Source: Callorhinchus milii
Taxonomy: Eukaryota
Length of the DNA: 64,000 nt
NCBI RefSeq assembly: GCF_018977255.1
Contig: NW_024704743.1
Coordinates: forward strand, 77,006,001-77,070,000
Reading direction: 5' to 3'
Below the pieces are notes generated by a model, which was not told where the DNA came from, did no database searches, and saw only the letters and a list, made by a program, of their open reading frames with translations. The first letter of the stretch is position 1. Each line of letters begins with the position of its first letter. Below are positions 37,186 through 50,770 of the stretch, piece after piece. A program made the translations under genes and the position numbers.

Positions 37186-38066
37186 GAAAAGAAGCACAAA
37201 ATGATAGAAAACATTAAAAATTACAGTCAGTTTAAACAAGTTATTAGGACACAGGAAGAATTTCTGTGGCCTAGAATTGCAACAAATTATAATTTGTTTC
37301 CTGGATTGGCACTTGACTGTTGGAATTTATGATGCCTCTGTGTGGAAAATCTGCTGGTGTATATTTAAGGTCCATTTTCTTTGGACTCAATACAAATTGC
37401 TAAATAGTTTAAATTAATCAATGTGGTAATAACTGGTTGGAAAATGCTGCATTTCATAACAGATCAGATGTCAACTTGAACCTGTTGAGAGACAAAGGAA
37501 TTTCAGTCAACAAATATCAGCTGGTTTCAGGTCTGAACTCCCTCAATCTGTGACACAATGGTCAGTGTGAAGGGTATACATCTAATCCTAGATTTTAGAT
37601 TATTGTCACCTAAATATAGGATCCTGTCTTAAATCCTGTTGTCAGATGACACTCTGATGCTCCTTCCAGGGTTGATAGACAGTATTCCCAGCCCATAATC
37701 ACTGACTGTGTATTAAAGAAGGTGCCCAAGCAGTTTTAAATAGAGGCTTTGGTTAATCAGACTATTGTACTGAGAGAGTGGTTTAGACCCAAAACCAGTT
37801 GATAATTATCTCATGAAAAGACACTATTTCTTAATGGATTCAATGTGGTAATTGGTGTGCGATTGACAGAAGCCGAAAAGCAACTCACCATCTCCATAGC
37901 GAATGCAATTTGTGACAGCCAAGACTTTAGAGATGCATGAAATTACTTACAAAAAAAACGTTAGAAAAGGTTTTCTTTTGACTTTATGTGGATTTCTCAA
38001 TGATACTACTGTATAGATTGAATCCTCTTCTGCACTGAAATACTGCAGCACAATTAATGGCTGCAT

Positions 38067-38382
38067 ATAATAATAATAATCTTTGCATTTGATATAGCAC
38101 TTTTCACGTTTTCTAGAAGTCTCAAAGCGCTTCACAGACTATGCTGTGAAGTGAATTGACTGTATATTTGTGGGCAAAACGCAGCAGCCAATTGCGCACA
38201 GCAGTGTCCCACAAACAGGCATGGATTAAAAATAACCAATTTATTATTGTTTTGTTTTGGAGGGATTATTATTAGGCATGTGGAGTAAGGAAACTTGCCC
38301 AAGGTTTTGTCCTGCCTGGAATTGAACCCAGGTGTCTCGCTTGCAAAGTGAGTGCTCTAACCACTGAGCTACAGGACTCCAC
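38067..38382 (-). mobile_element. Full-length young SINE, short subtype
   Basis: Reverse complement of the 11217 family, ending ccactgagctacaggactccac. Confidence 0.95.
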
Positions 38383-39454
38383 ATTGAATTGGCCTAAACA
38401 AACCACTTTGTAGGAAATCTCAGGGTCTTAAAGAGCAACAAGCCTTTTATTTGTGCCAGACAGTCAAATTACAAGCATTCCCAGCTGACAGGTTGTGTGT
38501 CTCAGAATAGCCAGTGTGCGTACTTCAAAATTTTTGTTAAGACCCCATGAGTATTACATTCCTTTAGCCACCCGATGAACTGTACTATTGTAAACAAAGA
38601 AACTTTAATCTTGCCACAATCCCTGGTATGTAAAACTGGCTCCAGACTCCAGAGCTGCACCTGCTTCACTTCGATCTTCCCCATGGTGCTGCTTTCCTGA
38701 ATTTATGGTCTAAAATCTGCTGAAATGGTGCAAGAGAATGACACCAAACTGCTGGGTGGAGAAAACCCAGCTCCCTACTCTGTACACTTGATTTAGCTGC
38801 ACTTCTTAAGTAACAATTTCATCACCAAAGAGCTATTGCAGAACAGCTGAGGAGAGCTTAACTAATATATTGCCTCTCCTCTGACCTACACAGCAAATTC
38901 ATGGCATGATAGAGTATTCATTCTCCTTTTGTTTGTATAAAGGAACACTTTTGATAGCAATATAGGCCACAGAAGGGTTTATGTATTTTTTAAAAAAACA
39001 TTTATTTTCTGTCCTAAATTGAAATAAGTATTAAAACAACAGATTCTGATGGTTTACCAGCAGGGGCAGCATATACCATGAGACATTCACTCAATGTGCA
39101 AGTCAACAGGAACAAAGTCCAAAGTTCCCCATAGAGTATTTGTTAATTCAAGACCGTTCCGACATTCTCTAATACTGTTCCCATTCGGATATTTACTCAT
39201 TTCTTTTTTGGAAGGAATTTATCAACAGTTTTGAGTGCTTTTGTTGGGAGTCTACATATCCACTACTCTGTTAACAAGATCCCAGTAGGTTAATAGGATC
39301 TTGATGATAATGGGATATAAGTTGGTTAATTGGATACCTGTTGGCTAATGGTTTTATCAGAGAGCGAGAATCACAAAGGACTTCAATTTGGTCAAGGGAG
39401 CGGTGATTTAACACTTGTTTACCAGATACTGGCTTAAAATTAATATTATCAGTT

Positions 39455-40085
39455 GAGTTTAAATCGTCAGACATCATACTGAGGATGTACAGTGCTCTGG
39501 TCAGACCGCACCTTGGATACTGCACACAGTTCTGGTTACCAGGATGTATGCCCAGGCCATAAATGCAGGAAAGAGCAATGAGGATGATAATAATAATCCT
39601 TGCTTTTTGATATAGCACCTTACCACGTCTTCAAAACATCTCAAAGCACTTCAAAGTGAAGTAATTGTATATTTTGATGCTCAGTATTAGGAGAATGAGC
39701 TATGAGCAATAATTAGACAAGCTAGAGCTCTTCAGTCTTGAGAAGATGGCTCAGACAGGACCTTATAGCGGTGTATAAAATTTTAAATGTGATTGAAAAA
39801 GTAAACCTAGATCAATACATTAGAATACAAGACAGTAGAACAAGAACATAAGTTTAGAGTTGTAAAGGGCAATTTCAGGATAGAAATCAGGAAGATTTTC
39901 TTCATGTGGAGGGTAACCAACAATTGGAACAAGATACCAGGAAAGGTGGTTTAGACCATGACACTGGACTTATTTACAAAGAAGCTTCATCCTGCGATGG
40001 GAAGTCAGTAGGGTGGGTTTTCTGTAGATATGATATTGGATGGACTAAAGGACCTTCTGCACCTAGACCAATCTTGTAATCTTGT
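39455..40085 (+). mobile_element. CR1 ORF2 3' end with nested SINE tail (~39587-39675)
   Basis: tacagtgctctggtcagaccgcaccttggatactgcacacagttctgg (YSALVRPHLGYCTQFW); aatcttgtaatcttgta tail. Confidence 0.85.
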
Positions 40086-40984
40086 ATTTAAAAATTGAAA
40101 GGTAAAAGTGTCACCTTTCTATTGTCTACCGATAAAGACCTTGACTCATTAACAACTATTCAAAAAAAGTTGCAGGTTGGAATGTAAGAAGCCTGGGGAA
40201 ATAACCACGTACCAAAGGATGTTTTCAGTCCCAATATTATTGTTAAGAACAAGTTTAAGGGACATTTATTGACCACGCATTGAGTCCACTTGATAAAATG
40301 ATCCTTAATTATTTCCAGTTTTCATAAAGGATTGTATCTTTTACATTCACCTGAATGAACAGATGGTGCCTTGATTTAACATCTCATCCAAAGGACGGCA
40401 CCTACGAGAATGCAGCCCTTCTCTACCACTGCATTGTGTTGTCAACCTAGACCAGTGGTGGCCAACTTTTATGGTCAGCCAACAAAATAAGTTTATGCCA
40501 CAAATCAAGAAATATTCAATCAAGAAAAACTGAAAACACACTATCGATCCAACACTGACTTACCTTGAATCATGCAAATGTTCTGCTTTTTGACAGCCCC
40601 ATGGGTTACGTCTGGTCTGTGGTCTTCGGGTTGGCTACTACTGGACTAGACTAAGAACTCAAAGTCCCAACATTTAGCTTGAACCCACGACCTAGAGAAT
40701 ATTTCCTCATGCTTGTTTGTTTTCTGCTCAATCAGCCCCATCTCACTTTTGAATGAGAAGATAGATATTACTTTTAAATTCCTGCAGAAAGAATGCTTGT
40801 ACTTTAATTTTCTTAGTTCTGTAATTAATGTTTGACCATATCTGTCAAAGAAATACAAAATCTGTGCTCTCTCCAGTTCTGATATGCAGTTTTTAATCAG
40901 ACACTTCTGGACTATTAAGAAACACTGCAAAATTGACCCCAATATTATTTAGTGGTGTACTTTGGAGGAAGGGCATCTTAGTCG

Positions 40985-41530
40985 TAGGGTGATGAGGAAT
41001 ATGACTCCATTCCAGGTTTTACAATCTTTTAAACCCTCATTGTTTGGTTATGTGCCAATAGTTTCTTTCTTCCATTCTCTTGTTGATCTCTATTCTCAAT
41101 GTCCCTTTCAGTCATTTGGAGCCAATGCACTTCAGCCTTGCTAAGTGCCTTCAACATTTCTGCTGTAATCCAATCAAGTGCTGGTGCTTTCCCATTCTTC
41201 CAGTGATATGCTGTATTCATTATTTCTAGTCTTGCATGACCATTCACAATTTATATGCAGCCCTTCGACTCTTTCTATCAGTTGATGCTCTATACTATCC
41301 TTTCAGGAGGAATAGATTAAGATGCTAAAGTGAGTTTTTTAATGACATTTTCCCCGGAACAGTTCAATCACTCTGCCCATGTAATCAGGGCTTTTTCTTC
41401 TCTTAGATGAATCAGATATTTCTCGCTGTAACATTTGTGCTGTTTTGCTTCTTTTCAGAAGGCAATTTATTGGTCAGTTTTATTGGTCCAATGCATTGAT
41501 CTAGTTTTCAGCCTGTTTTCTCTCATCTTG
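40985..41530 (-). mobile_element. RTE-clade LINE fragment
   Basis: KNGKAPALDWITAEMLKAL followed by DCKTWNGVIFL, matching RTE-type K.GKAPG.D.I.AEMLKA / DC.NWRGI.LL. Confidence 0.7.
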
Positions 41531-41745
41531 GTAAATCTGATCAATCATTTCTTTACTTTAACCCCACCCCCGAATACACACTCTACACTCCCTTTCTGTA
41601 CATTTCTGTTTTGATCACTGATTTTTTAAAAATAAAATGAATCTGAATAACAACCTTTGCCAAGTAACTTGTTAACTCATTCTATTAAGGATCCCTCAAG
41701 GATCCCAAATGTCCGCTACCTCCATTTCAGTTTGTCAGTCTTTGT

Positions 41746-42176
41746 CAGCCTGGCTCAGTTGATAGCGCCTCTCACCTCTGAGTTAGAAGGTTGTGGGTTT
41801 AAGCTCCATGTCAGTAATTGGAATTCATATAGTGTAGGCTGATACTCCAATGCAGCACTGGGGGCTATTGTTGAAAATGCCGTCCGTTGGAGGAGACATG
41901 AAACCATGATCACACCTGTCTGTTCAGGTGGACATTTAAGATCCCATGGCACTTATTGAAAAGAGGACAGTGTTTCTCCCCATGTCCTGGCCAACAATTC
42001 CCCAATAAAATTGGTCATTCATCTCTTGGCTGTTTATGAGACTCTGTTGTGTGCAAATCAACTGATGTTTACCCGTAAAACAATTAGTAACTCCACTTTA
42101 CAGTAAATTCTGTGAAGCGCTTTGGGATGCCCTGCTGACATGAAAGGCCCTTTATCAAATGTGAGGATTATTATTT
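41746..42176 (+). mobile_element. Full-length old Deu-domain SINE (best reference copy in the window)
   Basis: cagcctggctcagttgatagcgc head; ctgttcaggtggacatttaagatcccatggcac core; tail atcaaatgtgaggattattatt. Confidence 0.9.
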
Positions 42177-42534
42177 GTATTACTAGTTTATTGATGTTAC
42201 TGAGGAAATATACCTGGAGGAAAGTTGACATTTATTTGACACAAAGTAGATTAACTTTATGATTATCCTTTTCTATAAGACTTATCATGTGACTTAAGAG
42301 GATTATTTCAAAAAACATATGCAATGTAAACATCTTTTTATTAAACTGAAAAGTTAATTGAAGAATACATCACACATCCATTTTCTGATATATTTCATCA
42401 TTGTTGTCTGTTGTCTGTTACAAACACTTGTGGTTTATATGAACAATCCAAATCAAAGTTGTTCCACAGATTAGTTTAGAGGTTGGGCAGAAATTATACT
42501 GGGAAGAAGCTACTGCATAACCTAGCTTCTTCAA

Positions 42535-42940
42535 ACGTTGGAGGTATCAACCTTTAGAGGAGGTTAAATCAAGGTCCTGTTTGTCTGTTCAGGTGACGTT
42601 AAACATCGCATCTCCAAAGATCATGATGGGGATTACTAAAACAAAAGGACAGAAGGGGGTTGAAGATATTGACAATAGAATTGCATAATTATTGACTGTT
42701 TTTCACTATTTGAAAAGAAAAGAGAGTTTCTCTTGTTTTCCAGGCCTATATTCCCCCAGCTAAAATTGATCATTCGCTTCATAGTTGTTCATGAGATATT
42801 GTTGCATGCAAATTGGTTGCCATGTTTACCTACAAATATACAGTTACTGCACTCAGCAGTGTAGAGGATTCGGTAAAGTGCTTTGAGACATCCTCCTGAT
42901 ATGAAAAGCATTATATCAAATGCTAGAATGATTATTATTA
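42535..42940 (+). mobile_element. Old Deu-domain SINE with ~92-bp insert (42612-42703)
   Basis: ttcaggtgacgttaaacatcgcat [insert] cactatttgaaaag; insert resembles 44372-44455. Confidence 0.75.
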
Positions 42941-43099
42941 AAATTAACAAGACAATTATTAAGCAACACTTTCATTGGTAGTATGATTACTTTACTCAAA
43001 ATTAATTTGATATTAATAGAGTTTGACATATTTGTTAATCACACATATAAGCTTAATGAATGGGATGGCATAGAAAATGGGGAGATTTCTTAATAAAGG

Positions 43100-44540
43100 C
43101 ATCCAAGTGAAAATTTGTTGCCGTATTGAGAAGCAAAGATTGATGTCATGCTAATTCACTGGAACTTTGCTCTGAAAGTAGATGGCATTGGATGGAGTTT
43201 CACAAATCGGCGCAACATGCTTTTTGGATTTCTTAATTGAGGTGTCCCAAATGAAATTGTCATACTTTGAGCTTTATTTTCTATGTTCAAAGAACTGTGA
43301 TGCATTTGGATGTCAAATCCACTCTGATCAGTTCTGACCACAACCACGACCCAATGATTTTCATCACCGAAGCTAAGAAAAAGAAAGAGGGAGTTTCCTC
43401 TCTAGGGTGCAGTGTCTGTATTGTATGGTATGGTAAAGTATGTTATCTGTATAACCACTGGTCTGTAGACCTCCGCAACTCTCCATCTGTTATCTTGAAG
43501 AATGATTCACCAAAGCTAAAACTCTTCAGAAGTATAAAAAGGGATCGGCAGCCCACATGGTCAAATACTTTTTCAGCATCTAGGGAAAGGACCAAAGTAC
43601 CAACTCAAGCCCAATACTGTATTAATGTGCCTCCACACATTATCCATCAAATGTCTGCATCCAATAAAGCCCATCTGATCTAGCTTTATTTCAATATATA
43701 TGTTCCCTCTTCATTGTTAAGACTTTTCAAGGATCTCAAGATAACAAAGATTAAATAACTCTAAGAGTAGGAGACACAAGACATTACACTTTTGAAGGAT
43801 AAGAGAAAGTATCACTTTCTCGAGCTTATCTGCAGTTCCCCAGACAGTGGCTTCTAAGTACAATGGTTCCAGTACATTGAATGGTTTGGTTGTTTTGTAA
43901 TGTTCAACAGAACGGCTTGGCTTCTCCATCTGTATCCCACAAAACGCTGCCAATACCTCTTTGAAAAGTGCTGGCTGAGTCCAAAGACATGTGCTTCGTT
44001 CTTTTAACTTTAAGGAAAGTGAAAACCTCAAGTACATATGATGAAAAAAAATTCTGCCTGCTATTGTGGCAGGACAACTGGAACTCCTAACATCAAGCAA
44101 ATTAATGTCATCTTGAGAATGTTCCCATCAGAAAACTATAACTGGGATGTTTATTTTGGTCTTGTTCGAGGTGATAAGATAAATAGTTGGCTAGGCATTA
44201 TTGTTATGCTTATGATACATTGTCTGGTTTACTGAAGTTAATCCGTCTTTCTGCTTGAGACCTGAGGGTTGGGATTTACTTTGGTGTAAAGTAACTTGTT
44301 AACCTCTTATCAAGACTTCAACAACAATCTTAAAATACAGAATGCATTTCACATATGTTTCCAGGTCTTCACAGAGACAATGGGGATTACAAAAGCAAAA
44401 AGAAGGGCTTTGAAGGTTTTGACAATAGAAATGCATACTTATTGATTGATTTTCAGTCTGATCACCCCTGTGATTTCGGCACAACAGTTGAGCCGGAAAA
44501 TGTTTGTTTTCCTGATCATAGAAAATGACATATTTGTACA
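43100..44540 (-). mobile_element. Decayed L1/Tx1-clade LINE ORF2 fragment
   Basis: Minus-strand translations VLSLDAEKVFDHV..FSFGESFFK (~43490-43600), DQMGFIGCRHLMDNV (~43635-43680) and VILSLILQK (~43790-43820) match L1 RT motifs; the upstream limit is tentative. Confidence 0.8.
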
Positions 44541-46980
44541 ATTAAAAATGATATATTGTTTCCATTCAACTATGAGATCAAAGTTGTAACGTAGGGCATC
44601 AACCCACAACTTTCTACCTCAGAGGTGAGAGAGCTACCAATTGACAACTTGTTTGGATTTTACAGATATTTGGATTCTTTCTCTGGGTTTTGGTACTGAA
44701 TAAAACAACAACTTGCATCTTGATAACAGGATAATATATCAGGTGTTTCACACAGAGCTTGAGACACCTCACAAAATGAGAATAACCAGAAATGAAGTGA
44801 TCACTGTTAGGCAGGGCTATTGTTTATAGCTTACGCTACTTGCAAGTTCACCTCTTCTGATCAAACTCCTTTTTTTGTCACGTTAGCAGTGATGACAAAA
44901 GTAATTATTATGCTTCATGAAAGGATTTCAGCTGCATGCTTAAAATAGAAAAGACTTTTGGCAAGTGAGGCACAGTCAGAAATCTGAAAGTGAAGACATG
45001 CCAAGATTACAAGCAAAGAGCACATCATTTGTGATTTTTTAAAAAAAATTTCATTTCACCTTATTTGGGAAGAACCATGAACCTTACATGTAAGCGAAGA
45101 AGCCACATGAGACTGCTGGAATCAGGAGTCACTAAACCTATATAAAGGAGCCTGAGTGAAGCAAAATGGATGAGCAGGAAATGTGACTGAAGCAATGGAG
45201 GCACTAACACCAGCTAGGCTCGATAGGCTGAATGGCTTTCACTCTTGTCAGCTCTATGATTCTATGACAAAACGTACTAGCCATACACCCAGCTCATGTG
45301 CGTCCAGGGGGAGAAGCAAAAGGACATAAATCATATAAACCAATTGGCCATTTACACTGATGACTCCATTGAATGATTAGCACCAGCGTTAATAATCTGA
45401 TGAAGCTCAGGCCTAGAGCAGGGGCCAAAAGTGCACTTGATCCCAAAGCTATTTCTACACCGCTGGTTTTATAGTTTAACACGTTAAATAAATCCAAGAT
45501 CTAGTTTGCATGAGGAAAGAATCCCGACACTTTGCCTCTTCAGAATATCATTTTTTGCCAGATGAACAGCTGCCAAGAGTGAACGTATTTATTTATTGAT
45601 ATTTGGTGAAGAACCAGAATTGCTGTGAATGAGAAATTCCTCAGGTGCTTAACTGTAGTGACATTGACAGCTTGGGCACTAACAGGACCAGATTGCTGGG
45701 TGGCACTTCACCAAGCAACTTGAGGAATCTCTTGCCCGATCCGTTATTTTTAACATAATGGCGTCACATGTAAGTGAACCGAAGTTGTGCTTTGACCATA
45801 TTTACTTCAGAGCACAGTGTGCTTGTGAACACAGAAAGACAATAGGATTGCCATGCATTTTTCTCATGAATTTGATTCAAAAATCTGGAACCTTCAGTCT
45901 TTACATTTACAAACAGCTTGTTATGTTGTGGTGAGGAATGTGTTCATGCAGGTTTACGTCAACGCTAATAATTTTACAGTTTCTTGGGGTTTTCACCTAC
46001 TAAGAATGTTTATCAACACAGAATCTTTTTGATTGTATTTATTATTCCATTAGTCCTTTGGTACACGAGCCACATTAGAGAGGGTTTGTTGCCAATAGAT
46101 TCACACAATATTAAATTGACAAGAAGGACCCTGGCTTCTTTCATGTGCGCCCATATTATCACCAAAACGTGGATTAGAATTTATCAGGGTTCTGCTTTCT
46201 TTCATATTTCTTTGGCAATAGACCTGCTGTGATATAAATATGTAGAAAGAAAAATGTAGGCAGGGTGCATACACAGAGTCTAAGGTGGCTAAAAAATCTT
46301 GAGAATAGAAGTGGCAAGTCTGACCAGGACAAGTCACAAATACATTGAGGGATATTTGAGTTAATTGTCCCCATAGCGGTATTGGTATTCAGTTGCTCTG
46401 TCCAGAAGCTGTACCTTCTAATTTCACACTCACCAGATAGGGTGCCACTGTGCAAACAAAACATTGTCACCCTGACACAATTCACTCAGCATGCTACTTT
46501 GCTGACTATCAGTTGGCTTTTCTGTCTCCAAGTCTTTGCTGACGTTGACAGCTCATCCTTCGGCCATCACTCATCCTGCCCGTGACAAACTCTGAGTATA
46601 AAATCCCTGCTCGCTTAATCAAATTGGGGAAGGACAATTTGATTCAGGTCCTTTCAGTGTCCCCTCAGCTGGCTGTCATTAGAGCAAAGGCTGGCTCTTG
46701 ATGCAAAGAAAAGCAGAAACTAACTGAATTTGAGAAGCTGGAATCCTGACAGGCTGAGAAAGGTAATTGAAGAGCTGGGAGCTTGTAAAGTTAGTCTTTA
46801 TGGATTACACAAGGGAGCTGATTTACCCATCTGGGTCTGAGATATAACAGCTAAAAATAAAACACTTAAATCCAACTCAAATATTAATTGTATTCAGGAA
46901 CAAAGATTCCTTACAAGAAAATAAAGCAGCATTTAACCGCATGGAACATAACTTACAGTGAAAAGAAGAGCATGGATACC

Positions 46981-47214
46981 ACTCACAATTCCTCACAGTG
47001 AGAGTATAAAAATCACTCACAAACCCTCACAGTGAGAGTGTAAACATTACTCACAAACCCTCATAGTGAGAGTGTAAACATTACTCACAAACCCTCACAG
47101 TGAGAGTGTAAACATTACTCACAAACCCTCACAGAGTGTAAGCATCATTCACAAACCCTCACAGTGAAAGCGACAGTGTAAACACCACCCACAAATCCTG
47201 ACAGTGAGAGTGAA
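46981..47214. repeat. 34-bp minisatellite, ~7 units
   Basis: Unit actcacaaaccctcacagtgagagtgtaaacatt at 46981, 47015, 47049, 47083; variant units at 47117, 47147, 47187. Confidence 0.95.
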
Positions 47215-48208
47215 GATGGGAACGAGTATTGTCCTGAGATTGGCCCCTGAGTGAAGATCTTACGAGTCGGTTTGATATACTTGAGATTCCTTTGGAGATT
47301 CTGGTTATTTTCGGAAGCTATTTTTTGCAATAGTGAGGACCCATTGTACAGTGTTTCTGGGAAGCTCCTTTTTTAACCCCTGTGTCTTGGACTGTGGATA
47401 AGAACAAACTGCTTTATTGACATTCTGATTCACAACAAGGATTGACACGTAAAGATGGAAAGTGTAAAAATGTGCTCTTTATTCTTCCAGTTGGGTGACT
47501 ATTTTCTCCTTGCTCTATTCTATAAGTGCTCTTCCTCCTGCCATTCACCATGGAACCCCCAGGGTAGTGTCCCATAAGAAGATCTTAAATAAATGTTTCA
47601 CATAATCTTAGTTACTAACATAGATATCGCTAGACTACAGGACAAACACATTGCCAAAAGATTCGGGCATCTATTTGGATCACACCAAGATGACCTCTAA
47701 CACTATGCTTTAATATTGCTGGCTGAAACAAGTTGCTTTCAGTTTTTGATAGTTGACAGATGAGAGTAGTTTGTAGTGAATATAACATTGGTAGTGTAAC
47801 ATGCTAATAACATGCATGTACTGCACTGATAAATACAAGAAGCATACAGCATATGTACTGGGAACATGAATAGAATAGCAATAATAGTAATCCTTAATAA
47901 TAATCCTTGTAATTGATAGAGCGCTTTTCCCGTCAGGAGAATGTCTCAAAGCCAGAAAACAATCAGAATACAGAATTGACTGTAAAGTGTAGTTACTGCG
48001 TATTATGTAAGCAAACATAACAGTCAATTTGGCACAGTAATGTCCCACAATCAGACATGTAGATGGCTGCATCTAAGGTGTTCATAATACTGAATTACTG
48101 CAAAACATTTCATTTTGCACGCAGATAGTACTAACTTAGCAATCTCTCTTGGAGAGACCATCATGATGGCTTGAGAGGGAAATTGAATAAAATCTTAGAG
48201 TGAGTGTT

Positions 48209-48422
48209 ATAATAATAATAATAATAATCCTTGCATTTGATATAGCGCTTTTCACGTCGGGAGGACGTCCCAAAGCGCTTCACAGAACACACTGTAAAGT
48301 GAATTGACTGTATATTTGTGGGCGAACGCGGCAGCCAATTGCGCACAGCAATGTCCCACAAACAGTCGTAGATTGAAAATGACCAATTTATTATTGGTTT
48401 TGGTTTTGGAGGGATTATTATT
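48209..48422 (-). mobile_element. Young SINE, 5'-truncated
   Basis: Almost identical to 52921-53130 and the reverse complement of 11330-11539. Confidence 0.95.
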
Positions 48423-49607
48423 GTCTGAGTGTTGTCTGAGATTTGTGTAAGGCACATTATTGAAGCAGTGCTTTACTTTCACTCATCCTTTTCCTGTTGA
48501 CTAATCCTTTGTTTAGTTAGCTAATCATGTTCTGCTGTTTCTTAGCACCATTACATAGAAACATAGGAATGTCTCTAATGCCCTCTTGAGTTACCTCCTT
48601 CAAATGCCCTACTCATGGTTGCAGGTCAGTCTTACAATGGATTTTGTATTCTGGCCTCACATGGTGCTGAGATGTCTTCATCCAAGGAATCCTGGTTGAG
48701 AAAGTAGTACAAATTGGTACTGGAGCTAACCTGATGATGGATGGAACAAATTGCAGTGTGAGAAGACTTTTGCCTCTTGTAAAGTATTGTATGGTTCATT
48801 AACATGTATTTAAATCTATGATAGCATGTTGTGTTGCTGCATAAAACCGAGTCTTCGCTTGAGGAATGAAAGAAAGTTGTATAGTTGGCTATCGAGTTTC
48901 TCAATAGAAACTTGTTAGAGAGCAATATAACCAGAGGGCAATATCAATATTGTAGAACAAGAACTTGCCCTTATATAATGCCCTTTACATTAGATGAATG
49001 TCTCATAGATAATGGTATCACCAACAGGCAGGAAAGGAGAGGTTTGATGGTGTTGACTAAAGGCAAAACCAAATGGATTAGTTTTTAAGATTTCGAAGGC
49101 AGGAGAGGCACACTGTGAAGTGATATTGAGAGAGTATTCCAAATTTTCGGGCATAATCTGAAAGCTCAGCCACCAAAGGTAGAATGAATGAATTGAGGAA
49201 CAAGCAATACTTCTGGAATTAGAAGAATGGAGATGATTACAAAAGGATGGGCAGGAATGTGAAAGGATTTGAAGATCAGGATGAAAATCTTGACGTGGAT
49301 CCTTTGCTACTAGGGTACTGGGAGCCAGTGGAGCCTGAGGGTAATGGATTACAGATCGCTGGATCTTACGAACAGTGGAAATAGAGAAGTCAGCTAGGAT
49401 AGCATTAGAGAAATTTAGTCTCAGGGTGGTGAAAGCTTATATGTAGGTTGAGGCTGAGGAGAGGGTGTGAATGGAATGTAAGTGGATGATGTTCGTTACT
49501 TCCACTACACCAATTCTCTGGTGTAGTGGAAGCCTCACCAGGCTACCCAACTATTCCCTTCAGACAATATAACAGGTTACACACTGGCTTAGTTAACTGG
49601 TACAGCA

Positions 49608-50217
49608 ATGTCCACGCTTTCATTATGACACGACTTGACTACGCCAACTGCCTGCTTACTGGACTTCCCAACTCTTCCCTCCACAGCTGCAGATTATTCA
49701 GAACACTGCAGCTCATATCCTCGCCCACACCAGGTTCCGGGAACCTACCTATCACCCAGGTTCTGGCCCGGCTTCACTGGCTCCCCATTCCTCAGAGAAT
49801 CGAGTACAAAACCCTCGTTCTTACCTTCAAGGGCCTCCACGGTCTTGCTCCCCCCTATCTCTCCGACCTCATAACCCCATATCAGCCTGTCCACTCCCTC
49901 CACTCAGCAGATACCACCTGCTTCAGGTCTCCCGCACTTCCCACCCCACCATTGGCAGTCAACCATTCAGCACCTCTGCCCCCACACTCTGGAACTCTAA
50001 ACCGCAATCCCTCCACCTCATCCCTTCTCTTGCCTCCTTCATGCCCCGTCTGAAGACCTTCCACTTCAACCATGCCTTCGGCCAATCTCCCAGGCCCCCT
50101 GCCCTCCTCTTCTTCTGACCCGAACTCCCAGCTCGGGTCCAAAACCCTGATTTCCCAGCATCTGGGATGTCTTTCTGATGTGAAGGGTGGTATACAAGTG
50201 TAATTTGTTGTTGTTGG
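49608..50217 (+). mobile_element. L2 ORF2 3' part and tail
   Basis: VHAFIMTRLDYANCLLTGLP..LHWLPIPQRIEYKTLVLTFKGLHGLAPPYLSDL; (gtt)n tail. Confidence 0.9.
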
Positions 50218-50324
50218 AAGAAGTTGTCTGGGTGGTTAATCAAGTAAGAACTAAAGTCAAGAACTGAACAGACAACTTTGGTGTTGTTGACATTCAGCTG
50301 AAGGAGCATCATTACCAGACCTCT

Positions 50325-50770
50325 CAGCCTGGCTCAGTTGGTAGCATTCCTGCCTCTGAGTTAGGAGCGATTGAATCCAGCTTTGAACTCGCCGTCTTGG
50401 CTGATTGGTAAATACTGTCCTCGAAGTATTGAAGTTGCTGTCCTTCCGATGAAACGTTAAACCAAGGCCCCATCTGCCTATCCAGTACCTTGGGACATCC
50501 TCCTGACGTAAAAGGCACTATACAAATGTAATTTTTTATTGTATTGACATTAAAGATCCCACTGCACTATCAAAAAGAGTTTCTCTTGGGTTCCTCAACA
50601 ACAGTATCCCAGAAAAAATTGGTCATTCACTTCATGGCTGTTTGTGGGTCATTGCTGTGTGCAAGTTGGCTGCTGGGTTCATCTACAAAAGTATACGGTC
50701 ACTACACATTGCAGTAAATCCTGAGAAGCATCTTAAGATGTCCTGAATCAAAATGCAAAAATTATTATTA
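50325..50770 (+). mobile_element. Old Deu-domain SINE with nested L2 tail (50481-50545)
   Basis: ccccatctgccta [ccttgggacatcctcctgacgtaaaaggc..] gacattaaagatccc. Confidence 0.85.

Noticed and set aside
40558..40695. Minus-strand aag|gtaagt donor with upstream AG
   Set aside because: Acceptor region lies in a SINE-head remnant; peptide unrecognised
46981..47214. CRISPR array or V(D)J recombination signals (cacagtg..acaaaccc)
   Set aside because: No unique spacers and a eukaryotic context; heptamer-to-nonamer spacing is 18 bp, not 12 or 23, and the nonamer is non-canonical
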